From positions 73,015-137,014 of the forward strand of contig CALIHA010000053.1 of the NCBI GenBank assembly GCA_938023335.1: a stretch of DNA of 64,000 nt, read 5' to 3'. The first letter of the stretch is position 1. Each line of letters opens with the position of its first letter. The notes below the pieces were generated by a model. It had not been told where the DNA came from and made no database searches. It saw only the letters and a list, made by a program, of their open reading frames with translations. Made by a program: the position numbers and the translations under genes. This stretch comes from an uncultured Collinsella sp. GTDB taxonomy: Bacteria; Actinomycetota; Coriobacteriia; Coriobacteriales; Coriobacteriaceae. Below are positions 26,830 through 35,468 of the stretch, in pieces.

Positions 26830-27957
26830 ATGGCCCCCGTTCAGGCAAGCCTGCTGGCCAAGCTCGACACCCAAGAGCGCGTACGCGACTTTTTGACCAA
26901 CGCCGTCGCCAGCGGCCGTGCATCGCACGCCTATCTGTTTTTGGGCGCTCCCGGCGCCGGCAAGCTCGATGCCGCTTGGGCGCTCGCCCAAGCCTTCCTG
27001 TGCGAGCAGGATGGCTGCGGCGCATGCGACAGTTGCGTGCGCGTTGCTCGGCACACGCATCCCGACGTGCACTATTACACGCCCGAGAGCGCCACGGGCT
27101 ACCTCATTGCCCAGACCCGCGAGCTGCTCGACGACGTGCCGCTGGCGCCCATCCGCGCCAAGGCCAAGGTCTACATCATCGATCGTGCCGAGCAGCTGCG
27201 CGCCAACACTGCCAACGCGCTGCTCAAGACACTCGAGGAGCCGCCCGAGGGCGTTATGTTCATCTTGTTGGGCACCTCAGCAGACGTGATGCTGCCTACC
27301 ATCGTGAGCCGCTGCCAGTGCGTGCCGTTTCGGCTGGTGTCGCCCACCGTGGCCGCGCAGGCCGTGAGCCGCGCCACCGGTCAGGATCTCGCACGTTGTC
27401 GCATGGCCGTTGCCGTGGCGGGAAGCCCCACGCGCGGCATCGAGTTCCTTAAGAGCGCCGAGCGCCAGGATGCTCGCCGCCAGATGGTCCGCGCCATCGA
27501 CTCGCTCATCGCTGCCGACGAGGCCGATGTACTCAGCCGCGCCAAGTCGCTCATCGTCGCCGTTAAGGCGCCGCTCGCCGAGGTCAAGTCCACACAGGAA
27601 AAGGTGCTCGAGCAAAACGCCGACTACCTGTCGCGTGGAGCATTGAAGCAGCTTGAGGACCGCAACAAGCGCGAACTCAACGCGCGCGAGCGTTCGGGTA
27701 TCATGGAAGCGCTGGCGAGCGCGCGGACGCTCATGCGCGACGTGCTGCTGACGCTTCAGGACGAGGCGGCCGACGTGGTGAACGAAGACGTGCGCGACAC
27801 GATCGGTCGGCTTGCCGCCGCGACCAATGTTGCGGGTGCCACCCGGGCGCTCGAGGCGGTCGCGACCGCCGAGCGCAACATCGCCAGAAACGTTACTCCC
27901 CAGCTGGCCATCGAGGTCATGCTGTTCGATATCAGGAAGGCACTGAAATGCCGTTAG
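26830..27957 (+). CDS. holB: DNA polymerase III delta-prime subunit
   Basis: HAYLFLGAPGAGK, zinc module CGACDSC, NALLKTLEEPP, SRC. I chose the ATG at 26830, just after the tmk stop. Confidence 0.88.
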   Translation: MAPVQASLLAKLDTQERVRDFLTNAVASGRASHAYLFLGAPGAGKLDAAWALAQAFLCEQDGCGACDSCVRVARHTHPDVHYYTPESATGYLIAQTRELLDDVPLAPIRAKAKVYIIDRAEQLRANTANALLKTLEEPPEGVMFILLGTSADVMLPTIVSRCQCVPFRLVSPTVAAQAVSRATGQDLARCRMAVAVAGSPTRGIEFLKSAERQDARRQMVRAIDSLIAADEADVLSRAKSLIVAVKAPLAEVKSTQEKVLEQNADYLSRGALKQLEDRNKRELNARERSGIMEALASARTLMRDVLLTLQDEAADVVNEDVRDTIGRLAAATNVAGATRALEAVATAERNIARNVTPQLAIEVMLFDIRKALKCR

Positions 27958-29648
27958 TCGTACCCGTTAAGTTTACCTACGCCTCGCGCGACCTGTGGTT
28001 CGACCCGCAGGATCTGGATATTCTCGAGGCCGATTATGCCATTTGCTCCACCGAGCGCGGAACCGAGATCGGCTTGGTTACGGCCGATCCCTTCGAGGTG
28101 CCGCAAGACGAGATCGGTCAGCCGCTCAAGCCCGTGCTGCGCGTGGCGAGCGACATTGACCTGCAGCTTGCCGACGATCTTGCCATCCAGGGCGACGAGG
28201 CCATGGTCGATTTCCGCCGTCTGGTCAAAGAACTCGACCTCGAGATGAAGCCGGTCGGCGTCGAGTACCTGTTTGGCGGCGAGAAGGCCGTGTTCTACTT
28301 TGCGGCCGAGGAGCGCGTCGATTTTCGCCAGCTCGTCAAGGATCTGTCCTCGACGCTGCACATTCGCGTCGACATGCGCCAGATCGGCGTGCGCGACGAG
28401 ACTCGCCTGGTGGGCGGCTATGCCCAGTGCGGACAGGAGCTCTGCTGCACGCGCTTTGGCGGACAGTTTGAGCCCGTCTCGATCCGCATGGCAAAAGAGC
28501 AGGACCTACCGCTCAACTCGTCCAAGATCAGCGGCGTGTGCGGCCGCCTGATGTGCTGCCTGCGCTACGAGTTCGAGGCCTACAAGGACTTTAAGAGCCG
28601 CGCGCCCAAAAAGAAGACGCTCATCGATACGCCGCTCGGCAAGGCGCGTATTCAGGAATATGACACGCCGCGCGAGCAGCTGGTGCTGCGCCTGGAGAAC
28701 GGCAAGGTCTTTAAGGTCAACCTGGCCGATATGACCTGCTCGGAGGGCTGCAAGAAGAAGGCTACCGAGCAGGGCTGCAATTGCCGCCCCGACTGCGTGA
28801 CGCGCGATGTGCTCGAGCGCATCGAGTCGCCCGAGATGCGTCTGGCGCTCATGGAGCTCGATCGCGAGAACGGCGTCGACGTGGGCGATGGTCTGTCGAG
28901 CGCCGACCGTCTTGCCGGCACGTCGATGCCCAAGCGCCGTCGTCGCGATGCCGATTCCGATACCCGCGCTGCTCAGAGCCAGGTCGAGGGCCGTGGCCGT
29001 GGAAAGGGCCGCGGCAAGGCCGAGGCACCCGAGGCCGAGGAGGCCGCCGGTGGCCGTCGTCGTCGCAAGCGCGCGGGCTCGGGCGATGCTACCGAGGCTG
29101 CAGCCGCGGGCAAGAACGCCTCTCGCGAGCGCGAGGTTCAGCAGCCCCAGCAGCAGAATCGCGGCGGTGGCATGAACCCCACACGTCGCCGCCGCCGTCA
29201 TCTGTCGAGCGAGGAGCGCGAGGACGCCTTCCGCGCCGCAGCTGCTCGCGAGGCCGGTGCCGCTTCCAAGGGTCCCTCGGCCTCCGATGCGTCTGCCGAC
29301 AAGGGCGGCAAGTCACGTGGCGAGGAGGAGCGCGCGCCGCGTCCGCGCCGTTGCCATTCCTCGGGCGCGCAACAGAAGCCCTCAGTGCCCTCCGTGGCCG
29401 ATCAGGTCTCGGATGGCGAGGTCAAGGTCACGCGCCGTCGTCCCGGAGATGGCGGGGGAGCGGCTGCCAAGGCTTCGCGTGGCGCGGCTCGCGACGAGCG
29501 CGAGCCGCGCGAGGATCGCGGTGGCGAGGGCTCGGCCGACCAGGGTCAAAAGCGCCGTCGCCGGCGCCGTTCCCGCAAGCCGCGCCAGGATGGTGGCGAG
29601 GGCTCGACCCCGTCTTCGTCCGCACCACAACCGCCCGCCGGCGAATAA
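27948..29648 (+). CDS. ricT: PSP1-domain protein (RicT/YaaT family) with a roughly 260-aa Arg/Gly/Glu/Ala-rich C-terminal extension
   Basis: GVCGRLMCCLRYE, CGQELCCTRF; start overlaps the holB stop. Confidence 0.88.
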   Translation: MPLVVPVKFTYASRDLWFDPQDLDILEADYAICSTERGTEIGLVTADPFEVPQDEIGQPLKPVLRVASDIDLQLADDLAIQGDEAMVDFRRLVKELDLEMKPVGVEYLFGGEKAVFYFAAEERVDFRQLVKDLSSTLHIRVDMRQIGVRDETRLVGGYAQCGQELCCTRFGGQFEPVSIRMAKEQDLPLNSSKISGVCGRLMCCLRYEFEAYKDFKSRAPKKKTLIDTPLGKARIQEYDTPREQLVLRLENGKVFKVNLADMTCSEGCKKKATEQGCNCRPDCVTRDVLERIESPEMRLALMELDRENGVDVGDGLSSADRLAGTSMPKRRRRDADSDTRAAQSQVEGRGRGKGRGKAEAPEAEEAAGGRRRRKRAGSGDATEAAAAGKNASREREVQQPQQQNRGGGMNPTRRRRRHLSSEEREDAFRAAAAREAGAASKGPSASDASADKGGKSRGEEERAPRPRRCHSSGAQQKPSVPSVADQVSDGEVKVTRRRPGDGGGAAAKASRGAARDEREPREDRGGEGSADQGQKRRRRRRSRKPRQDGGEGSTPSSSAPQPPAGE

Positions 29649-29750
29649 CGCCCGCGAGCGGATTTAGCCCGCCTTGCCCCGAGCGCATCGGGGTATCATA
29701 GCGCCGGATCAACAACCCTCCCTGCGACCGAATGTAGGGAGGGTTGTGTC

Positions 29751-30557
29751 TTGAAGAGCCATCTGAACATATTGAGCTGTCTGCAGGGTGCCGGCGCCCT
29801 ACCGTTTGCGGACGAATTGCTGCCGTTTGCCGAGCGGGCGGCACGCGAGGCACTCGAGGCATTGTCGCCAACACGATGTGCCGGCTGCGAGCGCGCCGGT
29901 GCGCTTATTTGCCAAGACTGCCTGGCCGCACTCACGCTCATCGACCCACGTCATAGCTGTACCCGATGCGGCGCCCCGTTTGGGGATTTGCTGTGCACTG
30001 AGTGTTCGGTCGAGGGCACGTCCTCGGCAATGGCGGAGGCGCTCGACCGCTGCCTGGCGTGCGCCGTCTACGCGCATCCGCTGCCGCGCATCATTAAAGC
30101 GTACAAGGACGCGGGCGAGCGACGCCTGGCGCCGTATCTGGCGGAGCTGCTCTACGACACCGCCCTGCATGCCCAGGTCGTAGCGCCCGAACGCTTAGGA
30201 GGTGTGCTGTCCGGTGCGGATGCGGTGGTGTTTGTGCCTGCGACGGCGGCAGCGTTTCGGCGGCGTGGCTTTGATCATATGGAGGCCATTGCGCGCCCAT
30301 TTTGCGAGCTGTCGGGTGTTCCCCTGCTCGATGCCCTCGTCAAGTACGGGCGTGGCGACCAGCGCGAACTCGGTCGTGAGGAGCGTCGCGAGCGTGCCCA
30401 AGGCATGTACGAGACGGTTGAGGACGTGCGCGGCCGCCGCCTACTGCTTATCGATGACGTTATCACCACGGGCGCGACCATGGCAGCAGCCTCGGCGGAG
30501 CTCAAGCGTGCCGGCGCTGCGGCAGTCGATGGCCTTGCTATCGCACGTGTTTGGTAG
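29751..30557 (+). CDS. comFC: ComF-family protein (phosphoribosyltransferase-like, ComFC type)
   Basis: N-terminal CxxC...CxxC pairs, PRT motif LLLIDDVITTGAT; exact start uncertain. Confidence 0.8.
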   Translation: MKSHLNILSCLQGAGALPFADELLPFAERAAREALEALSPTRCAGCERAGALICQDCLAALTLIDPRHSCTRCGAPFGDLLCTECSVEGTSSAMAEALDRCLACAVYAHPLPRIIKAYKDAGERRLAPYLAELLYDTALHAQVVAPERLGGVLSGADAVVFVPATAAAFRRRGFDHMEAIARPFCELSGVPLLDALVKYGRGDQRELGREERRERAQGMYETVEDVRGRRLLLIDDVITTGATMAAASAELKRAGAAAVDGLAIARVW

Positions 30558-30567
30558 GGGTGGTTTT

Positions 30568-31677
30568 GTGGCAGTGAAGATTGAGCGGCGCAACGAGCCG
30601 ACAGGCGAACAGCTAGCGGCTTCCGTAATCCTAACAGGTGCCTCGGCGCTACGCATGATGCGCGCCGAGCGCCGGCAGATGGGCTACATCAGCTGGAAGG
30701 ACCTTAATCCCGATGAAGAGCGCCGTGTGCTGCGCACGTCGTCGCCCTCGACCGAGGATATCTATCTTCCTGACTTGGTGCGAATTGGAGCCAAAAGTGG
30801 CGAGGTGCAGGAAGATCTGTGCTTGTTGGTGGGATCTGCGGCGCAGCGCCGCCGCATGCCTGGCGTAGGCTGGTCCGTGTGTTCCGGGTTGCCCGCCGGC
30901 TCGATTCTAGAGGTGGAACCGGGGGTGTACAGCCTATCTCCCGAGGCCCTTTGTGTTGCCGTTGCGCGTGAGGTCGGCTGCATCCAGGCGTTTGCCCTGG
31001 CCCAGGAGCTGTGCTCTAAGATTTCACTGAGCGACCGCGGGAAGTATCTGCCTCCCTACACCTCGCCTGTTACGAATAAACTTGCAAAGGACAAGGACCA
31101 GCCAGCAGACGTGGGCTACTTTGAAGTCGAGCCGGTGCTGATGCCCGATCGTCTGGCAGATTACCTTGCGGCATGCAAGGGGAATGTGGCCAAACAGCTG
31201 CTGCGTCTGTGTCCCTATCTTTCGGAAAACCTGCTCTCGCCCATGGAGTGCATCATGCTCGCCCTGTTTTCGCTTCCGTTTTCCTATGGCGGGTTTGCCT
31301 GCGGACCTTTTAAGACCGACTACAAGATCGAGTTCGATGACCGTGCGCAGGCAATCTCGGGGATGCCTCATGCAGTTTGCGATGCGTATCAAGAGGCAGC
31401 CCGGTTTGACCTGGAATACAACGGTGAGCTGGGCCATTCCTCTCGGAGGGGACGTATCCATGATGAAAAGCGCAACACGGGCTTGATTACTATGGGAATC
31501 GAGGTCGCGACGGTCAACAACGAAATGCTCTGTGACATGGAAGCGATGGAAGCGCTCGCATGGCGCATGCACCAGCGTATGCGAAAGCGGTACCGGAATC
31601 GTGTCGATGCCCGCAGGAAGAAGCAAGAGGCGTTGCTTAACACGCTGCGGGCGTGTTTTGGGCTTAAGCCGGTCTAA
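30568..31677 (+). CDS. Hypothetical protein with a DUF559/Vsr-like endonuclease-fold C-terminus and an AbiEi-N-like N-terminal region
   Basis: C-terminus FDLEYNGELGH...HDEKRNTGLITMGIEV resembles the (V/I)E(Y/V)DG..H...D..R...L...G(W) pattern of DUF559; N-terminus contains PGVYSLSPEAL. GTG start after AGGGGTGG. The ORF-track start at 30202 overlaps comF and is rejected. Confidence 0.6.
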   Translation: MAVKIERRNEPTGEQLAASVILTGASALRMMRAERRQMGYISWKDLNPDEERRVLRTSSPSTEDIYLPDLVRIGAKSGEVQEDLCLLVGSAAQRRRMPGVGWSVCSGLPAGSILEVEPGVYSLSPEALCVAVAREVGCIQAFALAQELCSKISLSDRGKYLPPYTSPVTNKLAKDKDQPADVGYFEVEPVLMPDRLADYLAACKGNVAKQLLRLCPYLSENLLSPMECIMLALFSLPFSYGGFACGPFKTDYKIEFDDRAQAISGMPHAVCDAYQEAARFDLEYNGELGHSSRRGRIHDEKRNTGLITMGIEVATVNNEMLCDMEAMEALAWRMHQRMRKRYRNRVDARRKKQEALLNTLRACFGLKPV

Positions 31678-31708
31678 TTCACGTCGAAAATAGGGGGTTA
31701 ATCATATG

Positions 31709-31931
31709 CCCTGGCCAAAATATGGCAAATATGAGTACTGTCACTAAATCAGTAACAGCAAAATCAAGGAATTTAGGACTCGGAGGCGTCATAAAGTATG
31801 AAGATAATAAACAAATGTAGAATAACTAAGCATCAGGTTGGCGACACTGAGCGCAAAATCTGTCCGAGAGGCTAAAACTGCCTGTTACTAAATTGGTGGC
31901 AGTACTCATATTTGCCATATTTTGACCAGGG
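31709..31931. mobile_element. MITE-like non-coding element: 223 bp with 50-nt imperfect terminal inverted repeats around a low-GC core
   Basis: Left CCCTGGCCAAAATATGGCAAATATGAGTACTGTCACTAAATCAGTAACAG (31709-31758). Reverse complement of the right arm (31882-31931) is CCCTGGTCAAAATATGGCAAATATGAGTACTGCCACCAATTTAGTAACAG. Confidence 0.6.
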
Positions 31932-32049
31932 CACCCTAAGAAGGGCGCCCCGGAGCTCCCCGTAGGGGAGCTCCGGGCTTCATAGGGGCACGAATAGCCC
32001 ACTCCGACCTGCAAAATCTGTGCGCACGATGCGAATGACGCCCTTAACC

Positions 32050-32078
32050 TTAAACTTTAGCTTGAACTTAGCTATAAT
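32050..32078 (+). promoter_or_regulatory. Sigma-70-like promoter TTAAAC-N17-TATAAT, about 330 nt upstream of the binding-protein gene
   Basis: -35 at 32050-32055, -10 at 32073-32078. Confidence 0.4.
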
Positions 32079-32409
32079 GCGCTACGTTCCTGCCAGGCTG
32101 TGGTTGCGGACGGACGAAATGCCCGTCCTAGTCCAAGACAGACGCGGTCAAAGGGATCCACGTAAGCGACCGCGTGCGCGCGGCGCGATCATGGCGCGTC
32201 CTAGATGTAAGCCGCACCGTCCGTTCTACTTTCTTTGGGGCAATACCGCCTCGCGGGCGAGCGGGCCAGTCGTGAAGGTGGCTGCGGCCTCCCGAGCAAA
32301 CACCCCGGTGCGCAAGTGTGGGGTCAAATACCAGGTCAGCTGGTGGGAACAACCCGATATTCCGCGCAACGCACGGATCGTATACGACACAGAAGGCAGG
32401 GTAGTGGAC

Positions 32410-33435
32410 ATGGTGAGGGGCAGCTTGATGCACGCGGCTCGGTTAGGTGCTGGGACCGCAGCGGTCATTGCCGTTTTGGGCCTGAGCGGATGCGCGTTCA
32501 ACCCGCTGTCTACGTTCACGACTCCCACGATCGACCAGATCGAGTACGAGACCGTCACGCCGGCGGTGTCGGACGATGCCCTGGTCACTCCCGGAACCCT
32601 GACGGTTGCCCTCGATACTTCCGATGCGCCGCAGGCAATGCAGGGCGCCGACGGCGAGCTCACGGGGTATGCGGTTGACGCCGCCCGTGCCCTCGCAAGC
32701 CGCATGGGCCTTAAGGTCGCCTTTGTCGATGCGTCTTCGGCAGGTTCCGCGCTCGGCGACAAAAAGGCCGATATCTTTATCGGCGAGATCAACTCCACGG
32801 ACGGGGACGTTAGCTCGCTCGGCACCTGCCTGTACGATGCCGCTTCCGTGTTCGGTAAAACCAGCGATGGTGGGTCGCTAAGCGTTTCCACCGATACCCT
32901 TAACACGTCTACTCTGGGTGTCCAGATGTCCTCGGCCTCGCAGGAGGCGCTTGCTAAGCAGAGCATCACCGCCAACCAAAAGACCTACTCCAACATCAAC
33001 GAGTGCTTTGAGGCGCTCGAGTCCGGCGAGGTCGACTATGTGATCTGCGACTCCACAGCCGGCGGCTATCTTGCACGCCTGATGAGCGAGGTCTCCTATG
33101 TCGGTGCGCTCGAGGCGCCCTCGACGCTTGGTGTTGCGGGCCTCTCGTCCAATGACGAACTGTGCCGTGCCGTGAGCGATGCCCTCGACGGTATTACGGC
33201 CGACGGCACGCTCGAGGCGGTCCACTGCGTCTGGTACGGCACGATGCCCTACGACCTCACCACTAAGACGGTTTCGGGCGCTAACGTGCAGCCGGGCGAC
33301 TCTGAGTCCAGTGAGACCACGTCTTCCGGCAGCGAGTCCTCCGATTCCAACAATGAGACCGCATCCTCCGAGGACAAATCGTCCAGCCAGGAAGGCACCA
33401 TCACCGACGACGACATTAACAAGCTTAATAGCTAG
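32410..33435 (+). CDS. Lipoprotein, family-3 (amino-acid type) ABC substrate-binding protein, orphan (no permease or ATPase nearby), with a Ser/Glu-rich C-terminal tail
   Basis: Signal peptide with lipobox (VLGLSGC), PGTLTVALDTSDAPQA, ADIFIGE, DYVICDS. The upstream 130 codons of the tracked ORF are Arg-rich and not protein-like. Confidence 0.8.
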   Translation: MVRGSLMHAARLGAGTAAVIAVLGLSGCAFNPLSTFTTPTIDQIEYETVTPAVSDDALVTPGTLTVALDTSDAPQAMQGADGELTGYAVDAARALASRMGLKVAFVDASSAGSALGDKKADIFIGEINSTDGDVSSLGTCLYDAASVFGKTSDGGSLSVSTDTLNTSTLGVQMSSASQEALAKQSITANQKTYSNINECFEALESGEVDYVICDSTAGGYLARLMSEVSYVGALEAPSTLGVAGLSSNDELCRAVSDALDGITADGTLEAVHCVWYGTMPYDLTTKTVSGANVQPGDSESSETTSSGSESSDSNNETASSEDKSSSQEGTITDDDINKLNS

Positions 33436-33493
33436 TTATTGCTAGGGGTGGTGTCTTCTATACGTTGGAAAGGACACCTCTTCACGGTTTCAA

Positions 33494-33530
33494 CACGCAC
33501 CGCCGGACTTCCCCAATAGGGGAGCCCGGC
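33494..33530 (+). terminator. Intrinsic terminator after the binding-protein gene
   Basis: GCCGGACTTCCCC-AATA-GGGGAGCCCGGC followed by TTTTT. Confidence 0.65.
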
Positions 33531-33752
33531 TTTTTCATCTCTATAAAACCAGCAGTTCAAAGCCAATTTTCGGGACCAAATACAAAGTCGCCGGCTCCCT
33601 CCTATAGCGCACTTTGCCACAGAAAAGTGCGAGACTTCGGTATGCGGTATCAAGCAATCGTTATTCGGGTCTTTGGGAATCCGCGTGATTAAATGCACGG
33701 CAATGGGTACATAGCCAGTACAGTAAGTCCCCGAGGCAGATTGGAGCCACGT

Positions 33753-34337
33753 ATGGATATCAAGGTTTCTGGACGCAAGACGACGGTAACCGATGCTCTG
33801 CGTGCGCATGTGGATGAGAAGATCGGCGAGGCGCTCAAGGTTTTCGATATCGAGCCCATGACGGTCGACGTTGTACTTCGCTATGAGAAGAACCCCTCGA
33901 ACCCCAACCCGGCAATCGTCGAGGTTACGGTTCGCGCCCGCGGTTCGGTGATTCGCGTTGCCGAGCACGGTGCAGATATGTACGCCGCCATCGACCTCTC
34001 CGCCGATAAGGTCACCCGCCAGCTGCGCAAGTTCAAGACCAAGGTCGTGGACAACCGCCAGGGTGGTGCCAGCGCAGCGGATGTTGCACCGGTCGAGCGT
34101 GTCGAGGATCTGGCCGACCTGCTGCTGCCCGAGGAGGACGACGACCTGCTCGTCCGCGAGAAGGTCATCGATGTCACCCCGATGACTGAGGAGCAGGCGC
34201 TGGTGCAGACCGATCTGCTGGGCCACGACTTCTACGTGTTCGAGAACGCGACGACTGGCCTCATCAATGTGGTGTATCACCGTAAGAATGGTGGATATGG
34301 CATCATCAAGCCCCGCATCGAAACACTTGACGAGTAA
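33753..34337 (+). CDS. hpf: Ribosome hibernation-promoting factor, long form
   Basis: MDIKVSGRK...ITDALRAHV, DMYAAIDLSADKVTRQLRK, C-terminal dimerisation domain (HDFYVFEN...INVVYHRKNGGYGII). Confidence 0.9.
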   Translation: MDIKVSGRKTTVTDALRAHVDEKIGEALKVFDIEPMTVDVVLRYEKNPSNPNPAIVEVTVRARGSVIRVAEHGADMYAAIDLSADKVTRQLRKFKTKVVDNRQGGASAADVAPVERVEDLADLLLPEEDDDLLVREKVIDVTPMTEEQALVQTDLLGHDFYVFENATTGLINVVYHRKNGGYGIIKPRIETLDE

Positions 34338-34413
34338 AATACGTTAACTTGCATGAGTTAACGGTTGGCGGCCATCCCATGCGGGTGGCCGCCTTTTTAC
34401 GTAAGGAGTCGCT

Positions 34414-35370
34414 TTGATGGACAAGGCCGCATCCGCCGGTCATTCGGACCGTTGCCGCATCGTCGTCGATACCTGCTGCGACTTTAGCCCCGAGGTCGCC
34501 GCGAACCTCGATGTCGATATCTTGGGTTTCCCCTTCATTATCGATGGCGAGGAGCGCACGGATGACATCTGGTCGAGCATCACACCCAAGGAGTTTTACG
34601 ATCGCATGCGCGCCGGTGCCCGCGTGTCCACCTCGGCTGTGTCGCTCGGTCGCTATATCGAGTTCTTTACCGAGTGCGCCAAAGAGGGCACGCCCACGGT
34701 CTACCTGTGCTTTACCTCGGCGCTGTCGTCGAGCTACAACTCCGCGTGCCAGGCGGCGGACGCCGTGCGTGCCGAGTATCCCAACTTTGAGCTGTACGTG
34801 GTCGACAACGCTCTGCCCTGCGCGACCGGCGCGCTCTTGGCGCTCGAGGCCGTGCGCCAGCGTTCGGCGGGACTGACCGCCAAGCAGCTGGTCGACTGGG
34901 CAAACGAGGCTAAGACCTATGTCCACGGTTACTTTACGCTCGAGAGCTTTGACGCGCTGGCTGCCGGCGGCCGCATTCCGCCCGCGGCGGCACAGCTCAC
35001 GGCAAAGCTCGACGTCAAACCCGAGCTGTCCTACGACCTGGCCGGCTCGCTGTCGCTGATCGGCGTCAACCGCGGTCGCAAGAAGGCGCTCAAGTCCATT
35101 CTCAAGTCGTTCCGCGAGAACTATGTGCCCGATCGCACCATGCCCATCGCCATTATGACGGCCGATGCCGAAAAGGACGGCGACTGGCTCGAAGCCGCCA
35201 TCCGCAAGGAGGAGGGTTGCGCCGACGTCACGATCATTCGCAGCTCCGTGGGTCCCACCATTGGCTCGCACGTGGGCCCCGGCATGGTGGCCTGCGCGTT
35301 TTGGGGTAAGAACCGCGCCGACAAGGCGTCGCTTTCCGACCGCATCGCCCGCCGCGTGCGCGGTCAGTAG
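34414..35370 (+). CDS. DegV-family fatty-acid-binding protein
   Basis: IVVDTCCDFSPE, STSAVS, VGPTIGSHVGPG. Confidence 0.87.
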   Translation: MMDKAASAGHSDRCRIVVDTCCDFSPEVAANLDVDILGFPFIIDGEERTDDIWSSITPKEFYDRMRAGARVSTSAVSLGRYIEFFTECAKEGTPTVYLCFTSALSSSYNSACQAADAVRAEYPNFELYVVDNALPCATGALLALEAVRQRSAGLTAKQLVDWANEAKTYVHGYFTLESFDALAAGGRIPPAAAQLTAKLDVKPELSYDLAGSLSLIGVNRGRKKALKSILKSFRENYVPDRTMPIAIMTADAEKDGDWLEAAIRKEEGCADVTIIRSSVGPTIGSHVGPGMVACAFWGKNRADKASLSDRIARRVRGQ

Positions 35371-35468
35371 GCAAGTAACGCGGCCGTAATCGATCCCAAC
35401 TCACAGCCCAAACGCTGGCACCGAGTATTCAACCTGGTAATAACACCCAACCCAAAAGGAAAGGTTTC

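Noticed and set aside
30202-30567. ORF-track N-terminal extension of the DUF559-like gene (start at 30202).
   Set aside because: It overlaps comF for about 355 nt in another frame and translates to Arg/Cys/Ser-rich sequence. A GTG with an RBS immediately after the comF stop is the better start.
31797-31874. 25-codon ORF (MKIINKCRITKHQVGDTERKICPRG) inside the MITE-like element core, with a GGAGG 11 nt upstream.
   Set aside because: It is not conserved in the second copy of the element (only 9 codons there), and the RBS spacing is long.
31949-31995. Hairpin CCGGAGCTCCCC-GTA-GGGGAGCTCCGG followed by GGGCTTCATAGGGGCA, which resembles the RNase P RNA segment GUCCGGGCUCCAUAGGGCA.
   Set aside because: The universally conserved GGAAAGUCC that precedes this segment is absent. 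No ACAGAANNCGGCUUA-type P4 3' strand, or other RNase P helices in the correct order, could be found within about 450 nt on either strand.
32330-32339. ACCAGGTCAG, identical to part of SRP (4.5S) RNA domain IV.
   Set aside because: The following conserved GGUCCGGAAGGAAGCAGCC is not present (the sequence here is CTGGTGGGAACAACCC), so it is not an SRP RNA.
32020-32409. ORF-track N-terminal extension of the substrate-binding lipoprotein.
   Set aside because: It translates to non-protein-like Arg-rich sequence. The signal peptide and lipobox begin at the internal Met at 32410 (or 32428), and a promoter-like element lies inside the extension.
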